Below, in pieces: positions 18,760-28,400 of a DNA stretch of 64,000 nucleotides; position 1 is the stretch's first letter, and each line of letters begins with the position of its first letter. Source of the stretch: an uncultured Eubacterium sp. (GTDB taxonomy: Bacteria > Bacillota > Clostridia > Peptostreptococcales > Anaerovoracaceae); the NCBI GenBank assembly GCA_964388765.1, contig CAYMBU010000001.1:596-64595 (forward strand), given 5' to 3'. Below the pieces are notes generated by a model, which saw only the letters and a program-made list of their open reading frames with translations, did not search any database and was not told the origin of the DNA. Position numbers and translations under genes: made by a program.

Positions 18760-19197
18760 GTGGCCTGCATGAGCGATCTGGAGCTTGCAAAAGAAGAACT
18801 GAATAAAGAAGGCGTGACGTTCGCCGCCGCAAAGAACGGGAAAGTGATCTCGTCAGAAAAGCGCGGAGTCGTCCCGCTGATCGAAATGCTTGATTCAGGA
18901 CATGATCACAGCGGCTTTTCCTGCGCCGACAAAGTATGCGGGAAAGCGCCCGCTCTGATATATGTCCTGCTTGGCGTATCGGAAGTCTACGCGCGCGTGA
19001 TGACGCGCGACGCGGCGCGGATCCTTGAAAGCGCCGGGATCGGATGCACGTATGATGCGCTTGCGGATAAGATAATAAACAGGGCCGGAACAGACATATG
19101 CCCCATGGAGAAGACAGTCCTCGGGATCGGCGATCCTGAAGAGGCTGTAAGCGCAATCAGGGCAAAACTGGCAGATATGAATATTCTGATCGACTGA
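18760..19197 (+). CDS. DUF1893 (TM1506-like) protein
   Basis: RGVVPL, ADKVCGKA.A, IINRAGTDICPME. Confidence 0.82.
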   Translation: MACMSDLELAKEELNKEGVTFAAAKNGKVISSEKRGVVPLIEMLDSGHDHSGFSCADKVCGKAPALIYVLLGVSEVYARVMTRDAARILESAGIGCTYDALADKIINRAGTDICPMEKTVLGIGDPEEAVSAIRAKLADMNILID

Positions 19198-19206
19198 CAT
19201 GGAGGG

Positions 19207-22200
19207 TTGAAAATGAAAAAGTTTATTTCTATTATTCTTACACTTGTGATGTGCTTCACGCTCGTGCCGGGCATAACGGCATCTGCGGATGACGGGACGC
19301 CTTCAGACGGCGCGGCCTATGAGCAGGAGCCTCTTACGGAAGACTACCTCGAGAAGTACTTCATCGACCTTAACGATGAAGGAGACCTCGTGCTTCCTGA
19401 TCCCGCCGGAAGCATAAAGGCAGTTGCTGAGACCGACGGAAACGGCGTGCTTCTCTCTGCGAAGCCTGCTTCTGACCTTGCCGGAGCGAAGTTCAGGATC
19501 TGCGGGAGCGGAGAAGACGGCAAGTTTGATTTTGATGGAAACGCTGTCGCAAGGCTGACGATCGACGGACTCGCCGCTCGCAAGACGAAAGCCGCGGTAA
19601 ACATCTTCATCGATGATGCGGAAGAGCCTCTCACGACCATCCAGCTCAAGGCACAGCCAAAGGAAGATGACTGGACGAGGGATGGAAAGATCTCTGAGAC
19701 GATCGTCGGAAAAGGCCTGAAGGGCGAGCACGACATCTACTTTACGATCACGTTCGACGGTATCGATGAAACAAAGAAGACAAGCGTGCTTCTGAGGTCG
19801 ATAGAGTTCGCCGAAGGATCCATCCCGGTATTGGATTTCCATATCGATGAAACGCTCGGCTCGATCGCCGAGATGAACGCTGACGATGAACATCAGACAG
19901 AATGCTACGGCGATTTTGACATCATGGTGCCGTCTGAGTTCCGGTGCGAATTCACGGACGGCCCTGTGGCGTCTGTCAGGGGAGTCGATCTGGAATACAT
20001 CAGAGGCCGCGGCAATTCTACGTGGATGGCAGACAAGAAGCCGTATAAGATCAAGCTCGATAAGGGGCAGGATCTGTTCGGCATGGGCAAGAACAAGCAC
20101 TGGGTCCTGCTCGCGAACAGATACGACAACTCCCTGATCAGGAACAGGATGACATACTGGCTGACGAGGAAGCTCGGCGAGGACACCGGCGTATTTGCTC
20201 CGGAGTGCGTTCCCGTTGAAGTCGTGATGAACGGCAGATACTACGGAAGCTATCTTCTGTGCGAGCAGATCAGAGTAGATGAGTCGAGGATCGAGATAGA
20301 CGACCTTGAAAAAAAGGAAAATCCTTCCGCGACAGAGGAGCCTGAGATAACTGGAGGATACCTCATTTCAAGGGACTTCGGCTCGGATGACAACGAACAG
20401 GGCATATCAACATTCAGGCATGAAGGCTTCTGTATCGAAAGCCCTGATTTTTCAAAAAAGCATACAGATGAGGCGAAAACAGCTCAGAAAAATTACATAC
20501 AGGACTATGTCCGCAAAGTAGAGACCGCCATATACGGGCAGGATTTCAAGGATCCTCTGGGACACGGCTACGCGGAATATCTGGACGTCGACTCCGCGGT
20601 GGATTACTGGTGGATCCAGGAATTCTCGGAAAACGGAGACGCTTATGTAAACGGAAGCACGTATCTCTACAAGCCCCGCGACACAGAGGAAGAAGCGGGC
20701 AAGCTCATATGGGGGCCTCTCTGGGACTTTGACTACGTTGCGTGGGGAGATCTCGAATACGGCATCGATCCGCAGGAGACCTTCGACTACACGTCGTTCT
20801 CATGGATGACGAGGCTCAGAAGCGATCCTTCATATGTCGAGAAGCTGAAAACAAGATGGCTGAAGCTTAACACCCTCCTCGAGGAGATCACGAAGAAAGA
20901 CGGCATCATCGATCGGTACGCTGAAGAGGCCAGCATATCCGAGCAGTATGACAACCGGCTCTGGGGCTTCTATACCGAAGGCGGCGGAGAATACAGCGGC
21001 TATGACGGCGAAGAAGAAGACGGCGGGAAAGGTGTCGTCGAGGAAGACGGCGGCGAAGAAGGTGAAGAGCAAGACACGCCGGAGCTTTCATACGACTATG
21101 AGATAGCACAGCTCCGTGACTGGATAGAGAAGCGCCGCGCCTGGGTGAATCAGGAAGGACAGCTGGACAACCTCGCGCCTAAGCAGTACAAAGTCGACTA
21201 TGTGGCAGACGGCAAGACGCTCGAGACAAGATATCTGACCGAAGGCGAAAGCTTCGAGCCTTTCCCTGAGGCGCCGGAGAAAGAAGGCTATACATGCGTC
21301 GGCTGGACAGATCCTGATAATAGCGTAGTCGATGATGAATGGACCGTCACGGAAGACACCGTCCTTACGGCCTGGTACATGAAGACCAGCGACATACCTC
21401 AGATAAAGGATATCTTCTTTGGCGAGCAGGAGATGTATTCATATTACTATGCGGGCGAAGAATATCTTAATTATCTGGATGTTGAGTACTCGACGATCCC
21501 CGAATTCGCTGTCGGCAGGATCACATGGTCGTCGTCTGACGAGAGCGTCGTACTCGTAGACGAAAAAGACGACCTTCAGATCGTCGGCACAGGAATGACT
21601 GAGATCACGGCGACTCTTCCAAACGGGAAGCAGAAATCCTTTACGGCACATATAATCAGTACTGACGATGAAATGGATTATATCGAGGGCTTCAGCCTCG
21701 ACAGAACAAAGCTCACCCTGGAATCAGGAGCGTATACTCAGATAGTCCCGCTCAGGGAACCTTATCCGTGCTCAGGCGGCAACTTCAAATGGATCTCCAC
21801 AGAACCTGAAGTCGCTACGGTCGACAGCATTGGCGTCGTGGTCGCGCAAAAGCCGGGCACCACTTACGTCGTAGCTTACGAAAACAACACGGAGACGTTC
21901 CAGGCCTGCAAGGTGACCGTCATGATGAACAAAGCCCAGAAGATACAGAAGGCGAAGAAGGCGAAGACGGCCCTGAAGGCAAAAGCGCTCAAAGGGCATA
22001 AGGCAAAGCTCTCCTGGAAGAAAGTAAAGGGCGTCAGCGGATATTACATCTTCCGCGCATCAAAGAAGAATGGGAAGTACAAGAGAGTAAAGGTCATAAA
22101 GAAGGCCGGCACAAAGACGTGGACACAGAAGAAGCTGAAGAAAGGAAAGATTTACTTCTACAAGATCCGCCCGTTCACGAAGATCTCCGGGAAGGCTTAT

Positions 22201-22242
22201 GCCGGAAAGATGTCGAAGGCCGTAAAAGTCAAGGCAAAATAG
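19207..22242 (+). CDS. Secreted CotH-kinase-family protein with InlB B-repeat, Ig-like (Big_2) and Lys-rich FN3-like C-terminal domains
   Basis: RGRGNSTW, KKPYKIKL, HWVLLAN, YYGSYLLCEQI, GPLWDFD; WSSSDESV and WISTEPEVATVD; LSWKKVKGVSGY.IFR. Confidence 0.85.
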   Translation: MKMKKFISIILTLVMCFTLVPGITASADDGTPSDGAAYEQEPLTEDYLEKYFIDLNDEGDLVLPDPAGSIKAVAETDGNGVLLSAKPASDLAGAKFRICGSGEDGKFDFDGNAVARLTIDGLAARKTKAAVNIFIDDAEEPLTTIQLKAQPKEDDWTRDGKISETIVGKGLKGEHDIYFTITFDGIDETKKTSVLLRSIEFAEGSIPVLDFHIDETLGSIAEMNADDEHQTECYGDFDIMVPSEFRCEFTDGPVASVRGVDLEYIRGRGNSTWMADKKPYKIKLDKGQDLFGMGKNKHWVLLANRYDNSLIRNRMTYWLTRKLGEDTGVFAPECVPVEVVMNGRYYGSYLLCEQIRVDESRIEIDDLEKKENPSATEEPEITGGYLISRDFGSDDNEQGISTFRHEGFCIESPDFSKKHTDEAKTAQKNYIQDYVRKVETAIYGQDFKDPLGHGYAEYLDVDSAVDYWWIQEFSENGDAYVNGSTYLYKPRDTEEEAGKLIWGPLWDFDYVAWGDLEYGIDPQETFDYTSFSWMTRLRSDPSYVEKLKTRWLKLNTLLEEITKKDGIIDRYAEEASISEQYDNRLWGFYTEGGGEYSGYDGEEEDGGKGVVEEDGGEEGEEQDTPELSYDYEIAQLRDWIEKRRAWVNQEGQLDNLAPKQYKVDYVADGKTLETRYLTEGESFEPFPEAPEKEGYTCVGWTDPDNSVVDDEWTVTEDTVLTAWYMKTSDIPQIKDIFFGEQEMYSYYYAGEEYLNYLDVEYSTIPEFAVGRITWSSSDESVVLVDEKDDLQIVGTGMTEITATLPNGKQKSFTAHIISTDDEMDYIEGFSLDRTKLTLESGAYTQIVPLREPYPCSGGNFKWISTEPEVATVDSIGVVVAQKPGTTYVVAYENNTETFQACKVTVMMNKAQKIQKAKKAKTALKAKALKGHKAKLSWKKVKGVSGYYIFRASKKNGKYKRVKVIKKAGTKTWTQKKLKKGKIYFYKIRPFTKISGKAYAGKMSKAVKVKAK

Positions 22243-22313
22243 GTTATTTACGGGTATTTCATGGTTCGGGGCAGCGGCGGACTGCCGGGAATATATGTAA
22301 AAGACGGATATAG

Positions 22314-22347
22314 AAAAAGCGTGGGACTGATTCGTCCCACGCTTTTA
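22314..22347. terminator. Bidirectional intrinsic terminator
   Basis: aaaagcgtgggac-tgattc-gtcccacgctttt between convergent genes. Confidence 0.8.
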
Positions 22348-22400
22348 TTATCTTTCTGATACGTCCTGCACCCGGCAGGCATGCATCTCTTACGCTTCTA

Positions 22401-23357
22401 TTAAGCTGCGCTCCCCTTCTTTCTTCTGAATATTAGGAACAGAAGTACCGCGAGCACCGCGAACCCCGCGACTCCGGCTACGACGCCCGCGTTCGGGCCT
22501 GCGCCGCCGTCCTGTCCAGCCTTGTCTCCGGCTGCCTTAGGAGGCTCCTTATCTCCGTCAAGATCAGTAACGTCGCCGGTGTTTCCTCCGTCGCCGCCGT
22601 CTGAATCATCGCCGCCGTAGAAGATACGGCCTGCCGCGGCTCCAGTCGTCCTGCCGCCGTTTCCGTCAGCATCACCGGCGTCATTCCCGCCTTCTCCGCC
22701 GTTTTCACCTTCCTCGTCTCCTGATCCTTCTTCCTCGATCACATTCGATCTATAGGTGAACACGAAGTGGTTGTCCTCTTCATTCTCCGTAAGAGTCTTC
22801 ATCACATTGTTGTGATCAGGCACGTAGCCTTTAATGTGCTTATACGATACCACCGGCTTATCTCCCGGCATTCCATAATACGTGTCTGTATCACGCAGCT
22901 TCTTACCGTCTTCATCGACATAGTCGACAGTATACTCTACCATGCCGCCTTTCATTCCATACGCCGCTGAAAAATCAAGGTCTTCCTTGACTTCAAACGT
23001 GTACGTCTGATAGTAGGCTCCGGCTATCTCATCATTGTCATGTCCGGAAAGCTTGAGGCCCCTGACATAATACTTGTCGCTGTCCTTGATCTTCAGGTCC
23101 AGCTCGCCTGCGTCGATAGTGCATGTGTCTCCATATTTAAAGCCGGTCAGCTTCTTTACAGTATTGCCTTTGGTCCCGAAGTATCCCTCTTTGCCGGAAT
23201 GTATGGTGACCGTGTAGGTATATTCTTCCTCATCCGCGTAAACGGTTTTTTCTCCCGGCAGCTCCATGCCGGCGTTCCGGCAGACGAGCACCGCCGCCAT
23301 GATCATCAGAACTGAGGCGAGCAGCACCGCGATCCTGATCTTACTGGTCATTTTCAT
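22401..23357 (-). CDS. Surface protein with a MucBP-like domain, Gly/Asp linker and C-terminal TM anchor
   Basis: Signal peptide; YTVDYVDEDGKKL...IKGYVPD...FVFTY; TM helix plus RRKK tail. Confidence 0.72.
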   Translation of the reverse strand: MKMTSKIRIAVLLASVLMIMAAVLVCRNAGMELPGEKTVYADEEEYTYTVTIHSGKEGYFGTKGNTVKKLTGFKYGDTCTIDAGELDLKIKDSDKYYVRGLKLSGHDNDEIAGAYYQTYTFEVKEDLDFSAAYGMKGGMVEYTVDYVDEDGKKLRDTDTYYGMPGDKPVVSYKHIKGYVPDHNNVMKTLTENEEDNHFVFTYRSNVIEEEGSGDEEGENGGEGGNDAGDADGNGGRTTGAAAGRIFYGGDDSDGGDGGNTGDVTDLDGDKEPPKAAGDKAGQDGGAGPNAGVVAGVAGFAVLAVLLFLIFRRKKGSAA

Positions 23358-24126
23358 CTGCTTCCCCTCCTTTTCTTCTGAGTACAGCGATAAGCAGGAT
23401 GATCCCTGTCAGCATAAGGACTATGTACGGGATGAGCTGTGTCATGTCTCCCGTGCGCGGGCCGCTCTTCACTGCCTTCTTTCCAGGCGTCGTATGGGCA
23501 CTCGCAGGTTTCGTTACTGTCTCAGGCTTATCTACCGCAAACGCAAGCTCTACCGATCCGTCCGTATCCATGTAGTCGTTAACTTCAGTCTCACCGTCAA
23601 AAGCGATGTTGAGCGTCACCCTTCCGGACTCTCCTTCTTCCAGGCTGGCAAGATAGAACCAGTCGCTCAGGGCGTTTGTCGCCTGTTCCAGTCCCTGCAT
23701 GTCGTTCGGCGTCTCTTCTCCTCCGACCTTGCCGTTGGAAAAGATCACTTTCTGTTTCCCTCTGTCATCCGTATGGATGAGCTCATAGGAATACGCGCCG
23801 TTTTCAGGAGTTCCCGTGCCCTTCACTTTCTTCTTTGAGCTGTTGGCCTTTTCAAGAGTCTGGATCACGTCGTTGGACATGTACCAGTCCGTAAGGCCGT
23901 CGTACGCATTCTTGTATTTTACTGTAAATGTTACACTGTCTCCCGGCTGCAGGCCTGATATCGTGTCAGCGACTTTACCTGTCTTGAAAGATGAGGTGAT
24001 CTTGCTGCCGTCGAACTCTGAAGTACCGTTCAATTTATATGTCTTAGCGGACGATACCGCAGTCTCTGCTCCCAGCATGACAGCCACGGCTATAAGGAGC
24101 ACGAGTACCGATCTGTATCTTTTCAT
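23341..24126 (-). CDS. TasA-like subunit with a sortase sorting signal (GPRTGD)
   Basis: Signal peptide; LQPGDSVTFTVKYKN; C-terminal PRTG, TM helix and RRK. Confidence 0.68.
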   Translation of the reverse strand: MKRYRSVLVLLIAVAVMLGAETAVSSAKTYKLNGTSEFDGSKITSSFKTGKVADTISGLQPGDSVTFTVKYKNAYDGLTDWYMSNDVIQTLEKANSSKKKVKGTGTPENGAYSYELIHTDDRGKQKVIFSNGKVGGEETPNDMQGLEQATNALSDWFYLASLEEGESGRVTLNIAFDGETEVNDYMDTDGSVELAFAVDKPETVTKPASAHTTPGKKAVKSGPRTGDMTQLIPYIVLMLTGIILLIAVLRRKGGEADENDQ

Positions 24127-24138
24127 ATCTCTTCCTCC

Positions 24139-24915
24139 TTAATCCACCGTGATCTTTCCGCCGCGCACAGCGACGTTCGATACTCCCCACTGGCTCTCCA
24201 TAGCGTCGTTTGCGTTATGGGTCTGCACAGCCTGGACGTCGGCTTTGATCATGAACGCGCTTCCGTCGTATCTGTAAACATAAGTATACGTCGTCACGCC
24301 CGTTTCCTTATTCTCATCTGTAGTGACTTCATAGTCGTCAGCTATCTTGCTGTCGATCACGAGCCTGTTGAACAAAGGCGCGCTGCTCTTTCCGGCAGGT
24401 ACTTCTGATCTGCAGTAATACGTGCTCGCTTCAGCTGTGGACTCGTGCTCGTTAATGACCCACGCGGAGCTGTTGTACTCTTTACCGTCATATGAGAGTC
24501 TGATCAGATCAGGTGAAAGGGTCGTGATCTTCTCTTTCGTCTCAGGATCAAGCCAGTATTTCCTGATCGTCATCCTGACGTATACCGGGATGTCCTGGCC
24601 GTTGCCCGCGGCGATCTCTTCCTTATACATCTTTCCCGGCTCAAAGCTTCCGAGCTTGTTTTCGCTTTCATAGCCGAGGTACCCAACGAGCTCTCCTGTG
24701 ACCTTGCTTTCTCCGTCCAGCGTGTTCTCTCCGCCGCATACGTCGCGGCCGTTCTCCAGAAGGTGTACCTGGAGATGGTTCATAAAGAACGAAGCCTCAT
24801 AGCTGTCGCTCTCAAAGTCCATACCGGATCCCGCTGCAAAACTCCCTATCGCTCCCGCGACAGTAAGTACAACTGCAAGGATGATGAGCGCTGTTTTCCT
24901 GCTTATCTTCTTCAT
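24139..24915 (-). CDS. SipW-type/BsaA-like fibre subunit
   Basis: GAIGSFAA signal end; PGKMYKEEI..N...PVYVRMTI, YYC..V.AG..S.PLF, IKADVQAVQ pattern of camelysin/TasA/BsaA-like proteins. Confidence 0.65.
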   Translation of the reverse strand: MKKISRKTALIILAVVLTVAGAIGSFAAGSGMDFESDSYEASFFMNHLQVHLLENGRDVCGGENTLDGESKVTGELVGYLGYESENKLGSFEPGKMYKEEIAAGNGQDIPVYVRMTIRKYWLDPETKEKITTLSPDLIRLSYDGKEYNSSAWVINEHESTAEASTYYCRSEVPAGKSSAPLFNRLVIDSKIADDYEVTTDENKETGVTTYTYVYRYDGSAFMIKADVQAVQTHNANDAMESQWGVSNVAVRGGKITVD

Positions 24916-25427
24916 CAGTCGCTCACCTCCTCCATACCAACGGCTATATCAGGATAGAGCCAGCCTTCCGGCTTCACGACTCTGTTCTCTTCTGTACCGT
25001 CGTAGATGACTCTGACGGACTCGTGTGCCACGACTATATCGAAGTCATGTCCGGCTTCATCTGCCTTGGCCTTATCGATCCTGACGTTGATGACACTGGT
25101 CGTGTTCCCTGCCTCAAGGATCTTCTTGTAATACCAGAATCCGTCGCTTCCTTCGACCCAGTCCTCTGAAGGCGCGTCTATCGTGATGTTATCACCGTAG
25201 ATACCTACTCTAACGAGAAGATCTGTCTCACCTGTGTTTTCCACTTGCAGGACTTTCCCGTTTTCGTCCGCTTCCTCATGGACCAGGCTCGAGCCGTTCA
25301 GATGAACGTCCGCTCCGCCTTTTGCCTCTTCATAGTCAGTGAAGTACGCATAGCATACAGCCGCTGACATGACAGCAATAGCTGCCGCGAGACAAATCAG
25401 AATTGTTGATCTCGCCTTTCTCATCAT
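24915..25427 (-). CDS. SipW-type/BsaA-like fibre subunit
   Basis: YAYFTD SipW-class signal end; VENTG...LVRV, DGFWYY...LEAG.TT. Start moved to MMRKARST behind GAGGAG. Confidence 0.7.
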   Translation of the reverse strand: MMRKARSTILICLAAAIAVMSAAVCYAYFTDYEEAKGGADVHLNGSSLVHEEADENGKVLQVENTGETDLLVRVGIYGDNITIDAPSEDWVEGSDGFWYYKKILEAGNTTSVINVRIDKAKADEAGHDFDIVVAHESVRVIYDGTEENRVVKPEGWLYPDIAVGMEEVSD

Positions 25428-25428
25428 C

Positions 25429-28400
25429 TTACTCCTCACCGCCTTCGAATCTGACGCCGCTGCCGTTGTCACTGTAGTTGTTGACTATACCACCGTTATC
25501 TCCGGTCCCGCTCTCGCCTATATCGTTCTCGAACTCGAACAGCCATACGGTCCTTCCTCTGTATCCGCGGTACTCTCCGTCGTACTGCTCGACTTCCTTC
25601 TTGGTTATCTTCGCCTGCTTAGGAGTGTAGCTGCCGCTGTAGATCTCAGTCACTGTATACTCCGCGTCTATCGGAACTTTCTTCAGCACCTTGGTCTCAG
25701 AAGCTCCGCTCTCCTCGTTAAAGGCAAAGCCCACTGTATTCTGATAAACGATATTGCCGTCCTTGTCTTTACCTTCAACACGGAACGCGATTGTCGAGTT
25801 CTTTCCTGAGCCGGCGCCGAATCTCTCCGGCATCTTCTTGGTGAGCAGAAGATCTATGTAGAGGCAGCGGTTTGTTATCGTGAACTTTCCGTCTCCGGCA
25901 GGCGATATGCCCGTTTCATAGTCTGCTACAGGCTGCTCAGAAACAGTATATTTGATCTCATTCCAGTTCGCGTCTACCTTAGGAAGGTTTGCGAACGTGT
26001 GCTTCCAGTCCTGCTCCGCTGTGACTTTCACGGTATCGGCGACCTTGCCGTCCGCGAGAAGCTCCACTGTGATCTCGCCCGGCCTCAGCCCTGCTGAATC
26101 GTTATAGTCGTCCCAGTACTTCTCTACGCTGACCTCGGTAAGTTCTATGCTGTTTGTGATCCTGAATTCCTTATTGATCTGGTCTTCGATCTTGTTGCCT
26201 TCATCGTCCAGCACATATTCACCGTTCTCATCGACGACATACTTCGTTACAGGCTCTACGACCGGCTCTTTGTAATGAGGAACTCGGTCTTCTTCTACGA
26301 CGTAGTTGATCATGTTGCCCTTGTCGTCTGCCATCATCAGCTGATCGAACCTGAATTCCCAGCTGCCCTGCGCATCCGGAAGCTTCGCCGTTATTTCCTC
26401 ATATGTCGGCTTGCCGTTTTCATCAAGTACAGGCTCTCCGTTTTCATCCATGATCTGCCTTGTCGCAGGGATCAGTACCGGCTTTCCGTTCTCGTCAACG
26501 ATCTCTTTACCGTTTTCATCGAACTGGTTCCTCATGAGGCGTACAGTTATCTGTCCAGGTCTGAGTCCCGCCGCATTATCCCGGTCGTCCCAGACTTTGG
26601 TCCCTGTTACTTCCATGTAATTCAGCGTATTGGTGACGGTGAACGTCGTTACTATGCCTGCGCTGTCGGTCTCCTGATCGATAGTGGTGTCATAGTAGTC
26701 TACTTCATCCTCAGTTACTCTGTATTCGATCTTCACACCGTCTTTGTTGTGGTCCGGAAGATCCTTGAACAGCTTGCTCCAGTTTCCGTCTTCGTCTTCT
26801 TTGATCACAGCAGAATCGATCTCTTTGAAGTCTTCTTCTGCAGGCGCCTCATATACCGGCTTACCGTTATCGTCAAGGACCGGCTCGCCCTGATCATCAA
26901 GCTTCTGTTTCCATTCCGCTGACAAAAGATGTACTTTGATCTCATCCGGACGGATCTTCGCTATATCGTCTCTGTCATCCCACTTCTTCTCTACATTGAT
27001 CTCCACATAATTCAATGTATTGGTGATGTTGGACGTCACATTGCCGTTTTCATCTGTCTCAGGGTCGCTTATTTCTGTGTCATAGTACCGGACCGCATCC
27101 TCTGTAACAGAGTAACTTATATGCGTACCGTCTTCCTTTTCCTTGAGCAGATGTCCGAATTTATATGTCCAGTTTCCGTCTTCGTCCGGAGTAAAGTCCT
27201 TACTGTCGACTTTCTCGCCGTTTGCAAACAGATTCACCGTTATCTTTTCCGGACGCTTTCCTGCCTTGTCATCGTTATCGACCCATGTCTTGGTGCCGCT
27301 GACATCCACATATTCAGGCTGATATCTGTTGTCCACCGTAAGCCGGATCTTGGTATCTGTGTTGTTTACGAACCACCGGTTGTTATTGCTGTGCTCTTCT
27401 CCGTCAATGCTTATCTTCAGATACTCATAGTTATATTGACCCATATCGAGTTCGAGCAAAGTATATTTCTTCCCGCTTATCCATGCCCAGAGATTGTCTT
27501 CATCATCTATGAAAGCTTCGCTCTCCGGATCATATTTACTGCAATAGTCAATGGTCCAGAGTCCAAGCTCATATGAGCTTTCTCCTTTCTTGACCGTATA
27601 TGGAAGATAAACAAACTTCCTGCCCTGTGTCACCAGATTGGCTGCTATCTGGTCTTCTGTCATATCAGAGACATCATTAAGATCCTCAATCGGGTCTCCT
27701 TCATATATTATGAATTTGAAATCCAGATCCTGTTCAGCCTTATGATTGACGATCTTGGTGACTTCTTCTGTATCCGGCTCTACTACATCTTCCATAACAG
27801 GTTCATAAACAGGATCACCGTTCACGTCTAGAACCGGATTGCCTTCTCCGTCAAAGACCTGCTGCTGCATCGGTTCTCCGTTTTCATCAAGGACCGGCTG
27901 CTGCTTCGGATTGCCGTTCTCGTCCAGAACCGGCTTAAATACAGGATTACCGTTTTCATCTATCTTCTGAACAGTTTCCGTGACCTCTTCAGAAAGCTTC
28001 TTTGTCAGGATCGGAGCGTTAGGATACTTAAGCCCGACGTTAAGAGGCTGAGCTTCAAGGTAAATACTTGCACTATCCTCTTCTGTGTCGTTTCTGGTAA
28101 GAGGTACCTGATACTTATAGCCGAAACTGTTCCAGGCTATCTGTCCCGGTTCAGCGTTATTGTCATTGATTCTGGCATTAAACGTTATATGCAGGCGGAA
28201 TTCCTTATACATCTGATATAAGCTGGAGTCCATCTGCCATGCGTTCGGATCTTTTACTACGACTCTTATGGATCTTGCTGATTTAAGGACCTCCTTCAGT
28301 TCATCCCCTTCAAGGTCATCGATCCTGGTCCATCCTTCTCCAGTGCCTATCCAATCCGTTGCTCTATCAAACGTAGTCTTGGTCGAGACATACACTTCAT

